Virus record (IMG/VR): IMGVR_UViG_3300025435_001056 | Location: 1-64,000 of that record | DNA length: 64,000 nt | Source: a virus | Reading direction: 5' to 3' (one strand) | Shown here: in pieces, positions 19,054 to 28,886 of the stretch | How positions within the stretch are numbered: the stretch's first letter is position 1 | Layout of the letters: each line of letters opens with the position of its first letter | The notes under the pieces: generated by a model | Databases searched by the model: none | Seen by the model: the letters and a program-made list of their open reading frames with translations, nothing else | What the model was told of the DNA's origin: nothing | Translations under genes and position numbers: made by a program

Positions 19054-20103
19054 ATGTCAACAATCTTAATCAAATGCGGCACTTATCGTAATCAACCTGT
19101 AAACGGAATGATTTTTGAATTGGTCAAAGGATTCCAAACTGGAGCCAAAGGAGGCTATGTGACTGTAAAATCTGCGGGCTATTTTGGTCCAGACCTACCA
19201 GAAGTAGTTCGGATCAATGTCAACGGCATAGAAGATGTAGAATTTACAGCCGAGTCGGTGCCAGCAGGCGAGTTTGTTGCACCCGCCGCTCATGCAAAGG
19301 TACATGTTCATGCTCAGACTCCAGTGGAAACTGACGAACAAGTCATGGCTCGTATTGGCGAACGCTTTGACATTTTAGATCAAATGACCAAGGCCACCAT
19401 TGCCGGTGATGTTAGAGCAATGATTGTGGTTGGCCCTCCTGGTGTAGGCAAATCGTTTGGGGTTGAAAAACAGTTAGAGCATTCGGGACTGTTTGACAAG
19501 CTGAGTGGTCGCCGTGTCAAGTATGAAGTGATCAAAGGTGCCATGACTCCAATTGGTCTCTACTGCACTTTGTATAAGCACAGTGACAAGAATAACGTGA
19601 TTGTGTTTGACGACTGTGACTCGGTGTTCCAGGATGACTTGAGCTTGAACATTCTCAAGGCCGCACTGGATTCTGGCAAAAAACGTCGTATCTACTGGAA
19701 CAGTGACTCGGCCATGTTGCGTCGTGAAGGTGTTCCTGACATGTTTGATTTCAAAGGTTCCTGTATCTTTATCACCAACTTGCAGTTCCAGAATCTCAAG
19801 AGCAAGAAGTTGCAAGACCACTTGGAAGCCCTACAAAGTCGTTGTCACTTTATTGACTTGACGCTTAACACCCTACGTGATCGTTTTTTGCGTATCAAGC
19901 AGATTTACCTCAAAGGTGAACTGTTTGCAGACTACGACTTTAGTCAAGAGCAAGGTGATGAGGTTATTGCATTCATGGAAACCAACCAAAATCGCCTGCG
20001 TGAGATCAGCCTGCGTATGGCGCTCAAGATCGCAGACTTGACCAAAGTATCAGCTGAAAACTGGAAGGCCCTGGCTGCTACGACCTGTATGAAAAATACT
20101 TAA
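19054..20103 (+). CDS. AAA+ ATPase (early)
   Basis: GPPGVGKS, IVFDDCD, FITN, ALQSRC. Confidence 0.88.
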   Translation: MSTILIKCGTYRNQPVNGMIFELVKGFQTGAKGGYVTVKSAGYFGPDLPEVVRINVNGIEDVEFTAESVPAGEFVAPAAHAKVHVHAQTPVETDEQVMARIGERFDILDQMTKATIAGDVRAMIVVGPPGVGKSFGVEKQLEHSGLFDKLSGRRVKYEVIKGAMTPIGLYCTLYKHSDKNNVIVFDDCDSVFQDDLSLNILKAALDSGKKRRIYWNSDSAMLRREGVPDMFDFKGSCIFITNLQFQNLKSKKLQDHLEALQSRCHFIDLTLNTLRDRFLRIKQIYLKGELFADYDFSQEQGDEVIAFMETNQNRLREISLRMALKIADLTKVSAENWKALAATTCMKNT

Positions 20104-20188
20104 TCGGGTGCCACCCGATTAAGTAATGGTAGCTCCTGGGTAGTGCAAACTACCCATTTTCAACAGGCCTTTAGGGGCCTGTTTTTTT
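20100..20188 (+). terminator. structured 3' UTR: two hairpins plus intrinsic terminator
   Basis: TTAATCGGGT/ACCCGATTAA; TGGGTAGT-GCAA-ACTACCCA; AACAGGCCT/GGGCCTGTT followed by a T-run. Confidence 0.8.
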
Positions 20189-20216
20189 GACTTTGCTAGA
20201 CTAAGTATGTTACACT
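20187..20216 (+). promoter_or_regulatory. sigma70-type promoter, 6 nt before the uvsW ATG
   Basis: TTGACT-18-TACACT with TGn extension. Confidence 0.6.
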
Positions 20217-20222
20217 AACCAT

Positions 20223-21686
20223 ATGCGAACAGCCAGAATCGTAGTACGTGACGAAGTAAACATCAAGATTGAAGGACTTGAACTTGATGCTCGTAGAGCT
20301 TTGGTCGCAGCATTCAAATACGATGTTCCTGGTGCCCGCTACTTGCCGGCGGTGCGTCTTGGACGTTGGGATGGCAAGGTCAGTTACTTTCAACTGGGCG
20401 GTAGCACCTATGTGAATCTCCTGCCAGAGATCATTTCCATATTAGAAAAATTCAACTACGATATCGAACTGGATGATCAAAGAGATTACTCAACTACATT
20501 TGAGTTCGAACAGGTCAGTGAAGACAGTTTCAGCCACATAGCTTGGCCTGCTGGACATCCTATGGCGGGCCAGCCCATGCAGTTACGTGACTATCAGGTC
20601 GAAATCATCAACAACTTCCTGGCCAATCCACAATGCATACAAGAGATTGCCACCGGCGCAGGTAAAACTGTGATCACAGCGGCACTTTCAAATGCAGTAG
20701 CGCCACATGGTCGTACCATCGTGATTGTGCCCAACAAGAGTTTAGTGACGCAGACTGAAAAAGACTATGTGAACATGGAGCAGGATGTGGGCGTTTACTT
20801 TGGCGACCGTAAAGAGTGGGGACGTCAGCACACCATCTGCACTTGGCAGAGTCTCAATGTGCTACTAAAGAACACCAAGTCGGGGGTGGGTGATTGCACC
20901 ATACAGGAGTTCTTAGAGGATGTAGTATGTGTTATTGTAGACGAAGTTCATATGGCCAAGGCCGATGCGTTAAAAACTTTGTTGACCGGAGTAATGAGCC
21001 GTATACCTCTACGTTGGGGACTTACAGGAACCATACCCAAAGAACCATTTGAGTTTCAGGCCTTGCGGTGCAGTCTAGGTCCAGTAATCAATCAACTCAG
21101 TGCTAGCGAACTACAGGATCGCGGCGTGTTGGCACAGTGCCATGTGAACATTGTGCAGTTGGTAGATCATGCAGAATTTGCTAGCTATCAAAGCGAGCTA
21201 AAATTCTTGTTAGAAGAGTCGGGCAGGTTAGATACCATGGCCGAACTGATCAATCGAGTAAACGAAACTGGCAATACTCTGGTCCTAGTGGATCGTATTG
21301 CCGCAGGTCAAGGTTTGATAGAACGCCTAGGCGACAATGCAGTCATGGTATCGGGCGTAACCAAAGCAAAGGCAAGACAGGATGAATATGATGAAGTGGC
21401 CGACGCTACTGGAAAAATTATTGTGGCCACCTATGGTGTTGCTGCTGTTGGTATTAATATACCCCGTATCTTTAATCTTGTTCTTGTGGAACCTGGCAAA
21501 AGTTTTGTCCGGGTCATCCAAAGCATTGGAAGAGGAATACGCAAAGCAGAAGACAAAGACCATGTGCAGATCTGGGACGTGACTTCGACCTGCAAGTTTG
21601 CCAAACGACATCTAACCAAACGCAAACAGTTCTACAAAGAAGCTAAATACAACTTCACACAGGAGAAGTTGGAATGGAAAAAGTAG
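20223..21686 (+). CDS. uvsW: UvsW-like SF2 helicase
   Basis: LRDYQ, ATGAGKT, DEVH, GLTGT, QSIGRGIR. Confidence 0.93.
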   Translation: MRTARIVVRDEVNIKIEGLELDARRALVAAFKYDVPGARYLPAVRLGRWDGKVSYFQLGGSTYVNLLPEIISILEKFNYDIELDDQRDYSTTFEFEQVSEDSFSHIAWPAGHPMAGQPMQLRDYQVEIINNFLANPQCIQEIATGAGKTVITAALSNAVAPHGRTIVIVPNKSLVTQTEKDYVNMEQDVGVYFGDRKEWGRQHTICTWQSLNVLLKNTKSGVGDCTIQEFLEDVVCVIVDEVHMAKADALKTLLTGVMSRIPLRWGLTGTIPKEPFEFQALRCSLGPVINQLSASELQDRGVLAQCHVNIVQLVDHAEFASYQSELKFLLEESGRLDTMAELINRVNETGNTLVLVDRIAAGQGLIERLGDNAVMVSGVTKAKARQDEYDEVADATGKIIVATYGVAAVGINIPRIFNLVLVEPGKSFVRVIQSIGRGIRKAEDKDHVQIWDVTSTCKFAKRHLTKRKQFYKEAKYNFTQEKLEWKK

Positions 21687-22279
21687 TCTTTTTAGAAAAC
21701 AAATACACCAAGTGGTATTTTAATATTATTCGCAACGCAAATCCTACAACTAGCTATGTGGAGAAACATCATATTATTCCAAGATGTATTGGCGGCTCTG
21801 ATCATAGAGAAAACATAGTATCTCTTACAGCACGAGAACATTTTGTTTGCCATTTATTGTTGACTAAAATGACAACCGGCAAAGTCAAACAAGCTATGTG
21901 TTGGGCCGTCGGTAAGTTTGCACAAGTGAATAAAAATCAGCAACGAAATTTCACGTCTTGGGAATATCAAAAAATAAGAGAAAATATTTCGTTTGCCAGA
22001 ACAGGCAAAAAACACAGTGACGAGTCTCGCAAAAAAATGTCCGAAAAAGCAAAAGGCCGAACTCCGTGGAATAAAGGTAAGACGGGCGTTCAAAAACATT
22101 CAGCAGAATCAAATAAAAAACGTTCTGAAACATTAACGGGCAGAATACGAACCGAAGAATTTCGTCAAAAAGTTAGTAACGGTAAAAAAGGACACAAAGC
22201 TGGTATGACCGGAAAAAAACACAGTGAAGAAACTCTACAAAAAATGCGTGATAGTGCATTAAAGCGATACGGCAAATAA
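21674..22279 (+). CDS. HNH homing endonuclease with NUMOD3-like repeats
   Basis: EKHHIIPRCIGG..NIVSLTAREHFVCH; GKKHSxE repeats. Confidence 0.9.
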   Translation: MEKVVFLENKYTKWYFNIIRNANPTTSYVEKHHIIPRCIGGSDHRENIVSLTAREHFVCHLLLTKMTTGKVKQAMCWAVGKFAQVNKNQQRNFTSWEYQKIRENISFARTGKKHSDESRKKMSEKAKGRTPWNKGKTGVQKHSAESNKKRSETLTGRIRTEEFRQKVSNGKKGHKAGMTGKKHSEETLQKMRDSALKRYGK

Positions 22280-22282
22280 CGG

Positions 22283-22310
22283 TTGCAACATATAAAAAAT
22301 GTGTTATAAT
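22283..22310 (+). promoter_or_regulatory. sigma70-type promoter
   Basis: TTGCAA-16-TATAAT with TGn; ATG 6 nt downstream. Confidence 0.65.
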
Positions 22311-22316
22311 AAACTT

Positions 22317-22817
22317 ATGCGAATATTAACACTTGATAACACTCCATTTGATTTGGATCATCTTCCAGAAGAAGTAGATGACATGCGCTTTGCCATATTT
22401 GACAACAGCGATCCTAAAGATCCTGATTATCATTATATTCCGTTAATTTTTTTAGAAAGTTTTACTAGTCCTGCTTTGGTATTACGTATTGGTTTTAATA
22501 TTATACGTATGCCAGTTGATTGGCAAATCTTAATTGGCGAACCTGATCTTGGCGACCTAGAAGTTTTGCCACTCACTGCCATAAACGATCGCGGATTTAA
22601 AGCATTCCAATTCAATCCACTCAGCAGTTTCCGCCCCAGTTTTAATGATATTGAAATTGTAGATGTTTATCAAGAAATAACCTGGTATGCTCCCAAATTG
22701 AAAAATGGTCAAATGCTATGCGTGCCACTAAGCAACCAACCAAAATCAGAGTGTGCATACTTTGTCAAAGATATCAGTCGTAATTGTGAAGTGGTAGATT
22801 ACAACAAGGCCTGGTAG
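22317..22817 (+). CDS. hypothetical protein
   Basis: ORF starting MRILTLDN directly after the promoter. Confidence 0.75.
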   Translation: MRILTLDNTPFDLDHLPEEVDDMRFAIFDNSDPKDPDYHYIPLIFLESFTSPALVLRIGFNIIRMPVDWQILIGEPDLGDLEVLPLTAINDRGFKAFQFNPLSSFRPSFNDIEIVDVYQEITWYAPKLKNGQMLCVPLSNQPKSECAYFVKDISRNCEVVDYNKAW

Positions 22818-23263
22818 TGGATAAACTGCATATTTCAAATGAGATGGCACAGTTGGATCGTAAGAATCGAGCATTTTATGACGAGCTCACTCCCGAAGAA
22901 CGTAAAAAGTTTTCAAACTTTCTCATGATACGTTGGGGCAGTAGTGTACAAGGCAGTGCCGATCTGCAACAGTTCTATTTGATCAGTTGCAATGAACGAC
23001 TCAACAAACACTTTTTCAACATCAATCGCCATCCCAAACTGCAATGGTTATGTGCTACCACAGTGAGTCCCGGACTAGGATCTCACAAACATCATTGGAT
23101 CGCTCCCAAGAAAAAAGAACCAGGTGCAAGTGGTATTCGTAAACAGTTGGCTGAAATATATCCTCATCTTAAAAACGATGAATTAGAATTAATGGCCGAA
23201 ATCAATACTAAAAAAGATATAGACGCTTACCTAAAACAATCGGGTCAAGAAGTTAAGAAATGA
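22817..23263 (+). CDS. clamp loader small subunit-like (T4 gp62-like)
   Basis: F.MIRW.S..N..LN..PKLQW..HWI..KKK pattern, recalled from gp62 homologs. Confidence 0.5.
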   Translation: MDKLHISNEMAQLDRKNRAFYDELTPEERKKFSNFLMIRWGSSVQGSADLQQFYLISCNERLNKHFFNINRHPKLQWLCATTVSPGLGSHKHHWIAPKKKEPGASGIRKQLAEIYPHLKNDELELMAEINTKKDIDAYLKQSGQEVKK

Positions 23264-23934
23264 AATACACCTGCCAGTATTGTCGGAAGGACTTTATCAA
23301 AGAGTCCAGTCTTGCGGTGCATTCGTGCGAACCGCGGCGTCGGCGCCAGGAACAAAATGAACCGGGTGTACGCTTGGGGTTTCATGCCTACATCAAGTTC
23401 TACGAACTCACCCAGGGCAGTGCAAAATTAAAGACCTTTGACGACTTTGCTGACAGCCCTTACTACAAGGCCTTTGTTAAGTTTGGTCGATATTGTGTAG
23501 ATATTCGTGCAATCAATCCAGCACGCTTTGTTGAGTGGGTTTTAAAACAAAACAAAAAAATTGATCACTGGGCTAAAGATTCAGTCTACACCGAATATTT
23601 GACCGACTACTTGCGTGTGGAGAATGTAAATGACGCCTTGGCTCGTGCCATTGAGTTTGGTATTGACTGGGCCGAACGGTCAGGACATCCAGCAGAAGAT
23701 TGCCTACGTTATGGCAACACCAATGCTATGGTGTATGCTGTGACCACAGGTCGTATTAGCCCGTGGATCATTTACAACAGTGAGTCGGGACAGAAGTTTT
23801 TGTCGGAACTGGATGCCACACAGATCGCCATGGTCTGGAGTTACATTGATTCGGACTTTTGGATGCGGAAGTTCAAGGATTACCCTGCAGATCAGGAGTA
23901 TGTCAAAGATATTTTGCAGAAAGCAGGTTGGTAA
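23260..23934 (+). CDS. hypothetical protein with N-terminal Zn finger
   Basis: CQYC..F..L..HxC. Confidence 0.7.
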   Translation: MKYTCQYCRKDFIKESSLAVHSCEPRRRRQEQNEPGVRLGFHAYIKFYELTQGSAKLKTFDDFADSPYYKAFVKFGRYCVDIRAINPARFVEWVLKQNKKIDHWAKDSVYTEYLTDYLRVENVNDALARAIEFGIDWAERSGHPAEDCLRYGNTNAMVYAVTTGRISPWIIYNSESGQKFLSELDATQIAMVWSYIDSDFWMRKFKDYPADQEYVKDILQKAGW

Positions 23935-24512
23935 TGAGCGCAGATATTGATATTGACTTGGCTGATAGAGATCAATTGCTCAAATTGATTCAAGCTACAC
24001 CCGCTAGACAACTGCATCAAGGACAAGTTCGTCGGCACAATAGTGGTGTGTATGTTACAGATATTCCCTGGGATCCTGTCAATGCCTGTTCTGCTATAGA
24101 TTACGAACAGGCAGAGCAACTAGGATATTTTAAAATTGATTTACTGAATATGTCAGTTTATCAGTTAATCAGAGATCCTGAACACTATGAACAAATGCTT
24201 GCCCAGGAACCCAACTGGCCTCGTTTGTGGACCGATACTGACTGGGCACAACAGTTGGTTCACATAGGAAACTATACCGAGCTGTTACAATCAATGAGGC
24301 CCGACTCAATACCAAGAATGGCTGCTTTTATTTCCATCATACGACCCGGCAAGGCACATTTACAAAACAGACCGTGGTCAGAAATATTTGAGTCGGTATG
24401 GGACGGAGATACAAGTCGAGGATTTATATTTAAAAAATCACATGCTATAAGCTACGCTGCATTGGTAGCCTTACATATGAACCTGCTTAGTCCATCCGCC
24501 TTACAAGAGTAA
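23934..24512 (+). CDS. minimal DNA polymerase III alpha (DnaE)-like catalytic core, 192 aa
   Basis: DIDID, HNSGVYV, GYFKIDLL, IRPG, FKKSHAISYA in the canonical order. Confidence 0.8.
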   Translation: MSADIDIDLADRDQLLKLIQATPARQLHQGQVRRHNSGVYVTDIPWDPVNACSAIDYEQAEQLGYFKIDLLNMSVYQLIRDPEHYEQMLAQEPNWPRLWTDTDWAQQLVHIGNYTELLQSMRPDSIPRMAAFISIIRPGKAHLQNRPWSEIFESVWDGDTSRGFIFKKSHAISYAALVALHMNLLSPSALQE

Positions 24513-24864
24513 TACTACGGCGTTTTGACTTTTTGCGACTCATTTCAGTTAGACTACACACAGGCCCGTGTAAGATTTCTAAATCTTTGTTGACAAAGGT
24601 TTTCAGATACGCTTTAAATGGATCCCATTCTGTTTTAAGGAATATGTTGATGGGTATACTGCGATTGCTTTCCCACCACCAGACATTGGCCAATTCCAAG
24701 AATCTGCGTTTGACTTCTAGGTCTTGAATACTACCAAAATCGTACATAGTGGTTATGGTTTCGTCCTGATTTTGTATAATGCCCAAATATTCCGTAGTAG
24801 CATATACACACAAGGTGATAAACGGGTATTTTTCAGCTAGTTGTTCAAAAACATTTTTATCCAT
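24487..24864 (-). CDS. hypothetical late protein
   Basis: 125-aa ORF with minus-strand TAAATA at 24874-24879. Confidence 0.75.
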   Translation of the reverse strand: MDKNVFEQLAEKYPFITLCVYATTEYLGIIQNQDETITTMYDFGSIQDLEVKRRFLELANVWWWESNRSIPINIFLKTEWDPFKAYLKTFVNKDLEILHGPVCSLTEMSRKKSKRRSITLVRRMD

Positions 24865-24916
24865 ATCTTAAGATATTTATGGTTTGGATTGGTTTGGTCT
24901 AACTATAAATACACAC

Positions 24917-26071
24917 ATGTATTCTACCCAAGCCTATATATATCAACAAATTACGCAAGTATTGACCATAGACACCGGCGACGGAGAATCTTTCACTTAT
25001 AGGTATAATCCTGTGTACGCTAAAAAACTAACCATAAACAAAGGAATTGACAATGTCTTGTTGTTTCAATTCGTAAACCAAGAAGAAAAACCTGTGGATA
25101 TCACAGGAAGTACTTTTATGTTCCGCGTGATCAACACTGAAGGAACCGAGATCCTGATCGAAGCACCCTTAGTAACCTTAAATGCACCCTTGGGCCGGGC
25201 CAAAGTAACTTTACCCGGATCTGACCTGTTAGAAGTCCTGGCCCAACCGGCCAACTACAGCATCACCCGTGCTAGTGGAAATCTCAACGAAGCGGTATTT
25301 GTCAATGCACAGTCGGGAGCCCGTGCGCCCTTGGATATTGTGGACAGCGCACTACCACGTTATGTTCCGAGTGCTCCACTTACTATTCCTACTGTAAAGA
25401 TGTCAGCACAAGGTAGCTACAATGGTGCAAGTTTTGCCAACTATCCATCTTATTCTGATTACTACTGGAACGGCAATCCCAACGGCGGTAATTACTGGAA
25501 CAGTTTTCTTAACACAGAATATTATAGCAGTTTTGTTGTACCACAAAATCCAATCACCACAGTGCAGATGAACTTGTTACAGTATACCGGAACCATCAAA
25601 GCTCAGGCTGCAGAAAACTACGAATCGGTACCAATTAATGTGACCGAGTCCACCACCTATCTCAATCATACCGGCACCATCTACCTGAACATTGTTGGAT
25701 GGCACCCCTTGGTTAGACTGTGTTTTAACAACAGTATCTTTGCTGTACCAAATGGACAAGGCATACCGGCTACGGCCTATGCTCGATGCACCAACGGAGT
25801 AGTTACGTCAATTACAGTACAAAATGCTGGACGTGGATATTTGGCGCCACCACAAATTTCAATTATAGGTGACGGATCAGGAGCTACAGCGGAAGCCACC
25901 ATTGATGATAATGGATCAATTACCGGCATCACTGTCACTAATGGAGGTTCTGGCTATTGGTTGGTACCCAACGCTGGAGTAAACACACCTTACTACACCG
26001 TACCACCAAATGAACAAGGTGCCTTGGTTTTGATTGGTACCGGTTTTGTTACAGACCTTTACTACAGATAA
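24917..26071 (+). CDS. putative baseplate/tail-associated protein
   Basis: TATAAATA 5 nt before the ATG; GVVTSITVQNAGRGY and ITGITVTNGGSGY repeats. Confidence 0.65.
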   Translation: MYSTQAYIYQQITQVLTIDTGDGESFTYRYNPVYAKKLTINKGIDNVLLFQFVNQEEKPVDITGSTFMFRVINTEGTEILIEAPLVTLNAPLGRAKVTLPGSDLLEVLAQPANYSITRASGNLNEAVFVNAQSGARAPLDIVDSALPRYVPSAPLTIPTVKMSAQGSYNGASFANYPSYSDYYWNGNPNGGNYWNSFLNTEYYSSFVVPQNPITTVQMNLLQYTGTIKAQAAENYESVPINVTESTTYLNHTGTIYLNIVGWHPLVRLCFNNSIFAVPNGQGIPATAYARCTNGVVTSITVQNAGRGYLAPPQISIIGDGSGATAEATIDDNGSITGITVTNGGSGYWLVPNAGVNTPYYTVPPNEQGALVLIGTGFVTDLYYR

Positions 26072-26081
26072 TCTAAACCTG

Positions 26082-26110
26082 TTGTAATTTTCCAAACAAT
26101 CTGCTATACT
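26082..26110 (+). promoter_or_regulatory. sigma70-type promoter
   Basis: TTGTAA-17-TATACT with TGn; ATG 6 nt downstream. Confidence 0.6.
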
Positions 26111-26116
26111 TGTATC

Positions 26117-26815
26117 ATGATTAAATCTATTGTTGGTTTTGGCGACAGTTGGATGTATGGCAACGAAATTGGTTCCAATGCACCGGGGGATCCAAATCGG
26201 CTGGCCAACTGTATTTTAGGACAGCTTGGCAAAAAATTAAATTTACCTACAGAAAACTTTGGAAGACCCGGGTCGTCTCTGACCAGCATGTTGTGGGAAT
26301 TTGCCAGATGGGCACAAACTGTCGAAGATTCTGCAAAGCACTTGGTTATTGTAATGTTGACTTATGATGTACGTGAAAGCTGGTGGCCAACCGACCAATC
26401 TCGTAAATTGCCAACAATACCGGGACCATATTATGTCGAGCTCAATGACTACGTAGTTAGTAATACAATTTTGGATTCTATTTGGTCCGAGCTTGTTAAA
26501 TTATATGTGTTAGATAGTAATCATGCTGAGTTGTCGGCCATGCGATATTGGCAGGCTGTAAATTTTCTTGACAGTTATTGTGCCCAACATCAAATACCGC
26601 TATTACAAATAAATGTTGCCAGTCCAACTCGACCAATTAGTGTAACTAGTCTATGCAATTACAAAACAGGAATGGTAGAATTACTGCAACAAGAAGCAGA
26701 TTTCACCAAAAAAATATTACATGCTCCCGGCAAACATCCTAACAGCGCAGGTGCCGAATATTTGGCCAATCTGCTAGTAGAACAAATATACAAACGTAAA
26801 CTTTTAAATGATTGA
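26117..26815 (+). CDS. SGNH/GDSL-like hydrolase or acyltransferase
   Basis: FGDSW..G, NFGRPGSS, C-terminal HPNSAG. Confidence 0.7.
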   Translation: MIKSIVGFGDSWMYGNEIGSNAPGDPNRLANCILGQLGKKLNLPTENFGRPGSSLTSMLWEFARWAQTVEDSAKHLVIVMLTYDVRESWWPTDQSRKLPTIPGPYYVELNDYVVSNTILDSIWSELVKLYVLDSNHAELSAMRYWQAVNFLDSYCAQHQIPLLQINVASPTRPISVTSLCNYKTGMVELLQQEADFTKKILHAPGKHPNSAGAEYLANLLVEQIYKRKLLND

Positions 26816-27767
26816 CATAGTTTCTTTTCTTCCTGTTAAACGTAAACAAACTACCAGTGGTTGGATAAGTTTCAACGCACCTTGTTGTATACATCGTGGT
26901 GACACACAGGATCGAAGACAACGTGGCGGTATCAAACCCGGCAATGACGGGTCTTGGTCATTTCATTGTTTCAACTGTGGCTATACTGCTAGTTTTGTTT
27001 TAGGTCGTACTTTAACATTTAAAGCTCGTCGACTGTTAGAGTGGATGAATATTCCTAAAGAAGAAATTGAGAGAATTAATCTTGAAAGTTTAAAACAACG
27101 ATCTATTGCAGGACTGCTCACAGAACGTCAGGCAGTGGCCAATCAGATACAGGGCATTGATTTTGAAGATCGAGATTTACCAGCAGATACACAGACATTA
27201 AATGAACAGGCCAAACAGTATCTTCGTGATAGATGCATAGCCTTGGACTATCCATTTTTGTACAAGACCATGCCACGTCCTGGCATTGTGATTCCGTTTA
27301 CCTATGACAATCAAGTGGTAGGACATACTACTCGTTTTTTAGATGATCGTATACCACGATATATTCAAGACATACAGTCGGGATATGTGTTTGGAACAGA
27401 CCTACAAAAACCAACATGGCAGTCGGTCCTGGTCATGGAAGGTGTATTGGATGCACTCAGTGTCAATGGGCTAGCAGTGCTACACGCAGAAATTAACGAT
27501 GCACAAGTGCGACTAATTCGTAGTCTGGGTCGAGAAGTGATTGTGGTCCCAGATCAAGATGAAGCCGGTATGCGCTTGGTGGATCGTGCAGTGGAATTAG
27601 GATGGAGTGTAAGCATGCCCGAGTGGCCGGTGGGTGTCAAGGATGTAAATGATGCAGTAATTCGTTGGGGACGATTGGCCACATTGCTAAGTATTGTGCA
27701 AGCCCAAGAAACTAGTAAGATTAAAATAGAACTAAGGAAAAAACAACTTGTTAAAAGATTACGGTAA
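26808..27767 (+). CDS. DNA primase (T4 gp61-like)
   Basis: Zn domain HCFNC; TOPRIM EGVLDA, PDQDEAG, KDVND. Confidence 0.9.
   Translation: MIDIVSFLPVKRKQTTSGWISFNAPCCIHRGDTQDRRQRGGIKPGNDGSWSFHCFNCGYTASFVLGRTLTFKARRLLEWMNIPKEEIERINLESLKQRSIAGLLTERQAVANQIQGIDFEDRDLPADTQTLNEQAKQYLRDRCIALDYPFLYKTMPRPGIVIPFTYDNQVVGHTTRFLDDRIPRYIQDIQSGYVFGTDLQKPTWQSVLVMEGVLDALSVNGLAVLHAEINDAQVRLIRSLGREVIVVPDQDEAGMRLVDRAVELGWSVSMPEWPVGVKDVNDAVIRWGRLATLLSIVQAQETSKIKIELRKKQLVKRLR
27748..27764 (+). repeat. 17-nt perfect direct repeat, copy 1
   Basis: TTGTTAAAAGATTACGG, also at 28870-28886. Confidence 0.9.
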
Positions 27768-28857
27768 TTGGTGCCCCGACATTTATCACAATTTATTTGT
27801 TGACCGTCATAATAGCGATTCGATACGAATTGCGCCGTGCTGTGCTTCACAGGCCGCTATTGAACAAATTAATACCTTTAGCTTTGAAAACAATTTGCAT
27901 CTGACTAAATTAAGAAATCAATTTAGAAATAATGAACGCCCGTCAGAATGCCAGGCCTGTTGGGACGCCGAGGATGCTGGTCACCGAAGTCGTCGTCAAC
28001 TTCAAATTGAAGAAAATCCAGCAATTGATAAAATTGATTATGATATAGTACTTACAGGATTAGATCATTCAGCAACCTGGGCGTGTAATCTTGCTTGTAT
28101 CATGTGTGGGCCAATTAATAGTAGTACATGGGGTGCTGAGTTAAAATTAAACAAGGAAGAATTAATAAAATTAGGTAGATATTTGCAAAAAACAAATAAT
28201 TTTGTTGAGGTTCTTGATTTATCAAAGATTACCAAGGTTTATTTCAATGGTGGTGAACCATTATTAAATAATGAACACTTGACTTTAATAGAAATATTAG
28301 ATAAAAAAAATCTTTTAAAAAACGTTTGTCTAAGTTATACTTCCAATGGAACTATTAGTCCTTCACAAAAAGTTAAGGATCTATGGAATAAAGCGCAATC
28401 AGTACAAATATATTTCAGCATTGATGCTACCGAACGGGCATTTAATTATATAAGATGGCCCGCTAACTGGAATATGGTTAATAACAATATAGTAGAATTG
28501 ATAAATTTTTCTAACAACTTAACTGTTGGAATCAATGCAACCGTGGGTAATTATAATGTGTTAGAAGTTATTGATGTGTATAATTGGTTTAATAAAATTT
28601 TACCTGATAGCACTAGGTTGTTTAATTGGCAATTTGCCAATCAACCAAATTACAAACTAGAACATTTGCCAATGGTAGTTAAACATAAAGTGATCAAAGA
28701 ATTAAAAGGCATTGAAAAATTAAACGGAATTGTTAATTATATCAACTCTACCATGGACACCCCGTCAACGAAATTGTGGACACACAATTTTGATCAGATC
28801 GACAATCGCCGAGGAACGAATTGGCGGGAATCTTTAAAAATTGGAAAATATTATTAA
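27748..28857 (+). CDS. radical SAM protein with N-terminal twitch-like domain
   Basis: CNLACIMC, GGEPLL, IAPCC..CQAC; shares its MLKDYG start with the helicase. Confidence 0.9.
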   Translation: MLKDYGNWCPDIYHNLFVDRHNSDSIRIAPCCASQAAIEQINTFSFENNLHLTKLRNQFRNNERPSECQACWDAEDAGHRSRRQLQIEENPAIDKIDYDIVLTGLDHSATWACNLACIMCGPINSSTWGAELKLNKEELIKLGRYLQKTNNFVEVLDLSKITKVYFNGGEPLLNNEHLTLIEILDKKNLLKNVCLSYTSNGTISPSQKVKDLWNKAQSVQIYFSIDATERAFNYIRWPANWNMVNNNIVELINFSNNLTVGINATVGNYNVLEVIDVYNWFNKILPDSTRLFNWQFANQPNYKLEHLPMVVKHKVIKELKGIEKLNGIVNYINSTMDTPSTKLWTHNFDQIDNRRGTNWRESLKIGKYY

Positions 28858-28869
28858 AAAGGATTTATT

Positions 28870-28886
28870 TTGTTAAAAGATTACGG
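28870..28886 (+). repeat. 17-nt perfect direct repeat, copy 2 (helicase start)
   Basis: TTGTTAAAAGATTACGG. Confidence 0.9.

Noticed and set aside
21663-21686. LEWKK-coding similarity between the uvsW end and 45458-45472
   Set aside because: Short and A-rich; likely chance
24880-24899. TGGTTTGG tandem copy in the divergent promoter spacer
   Set aside because: Two short copies, absent from the second divergent spacer
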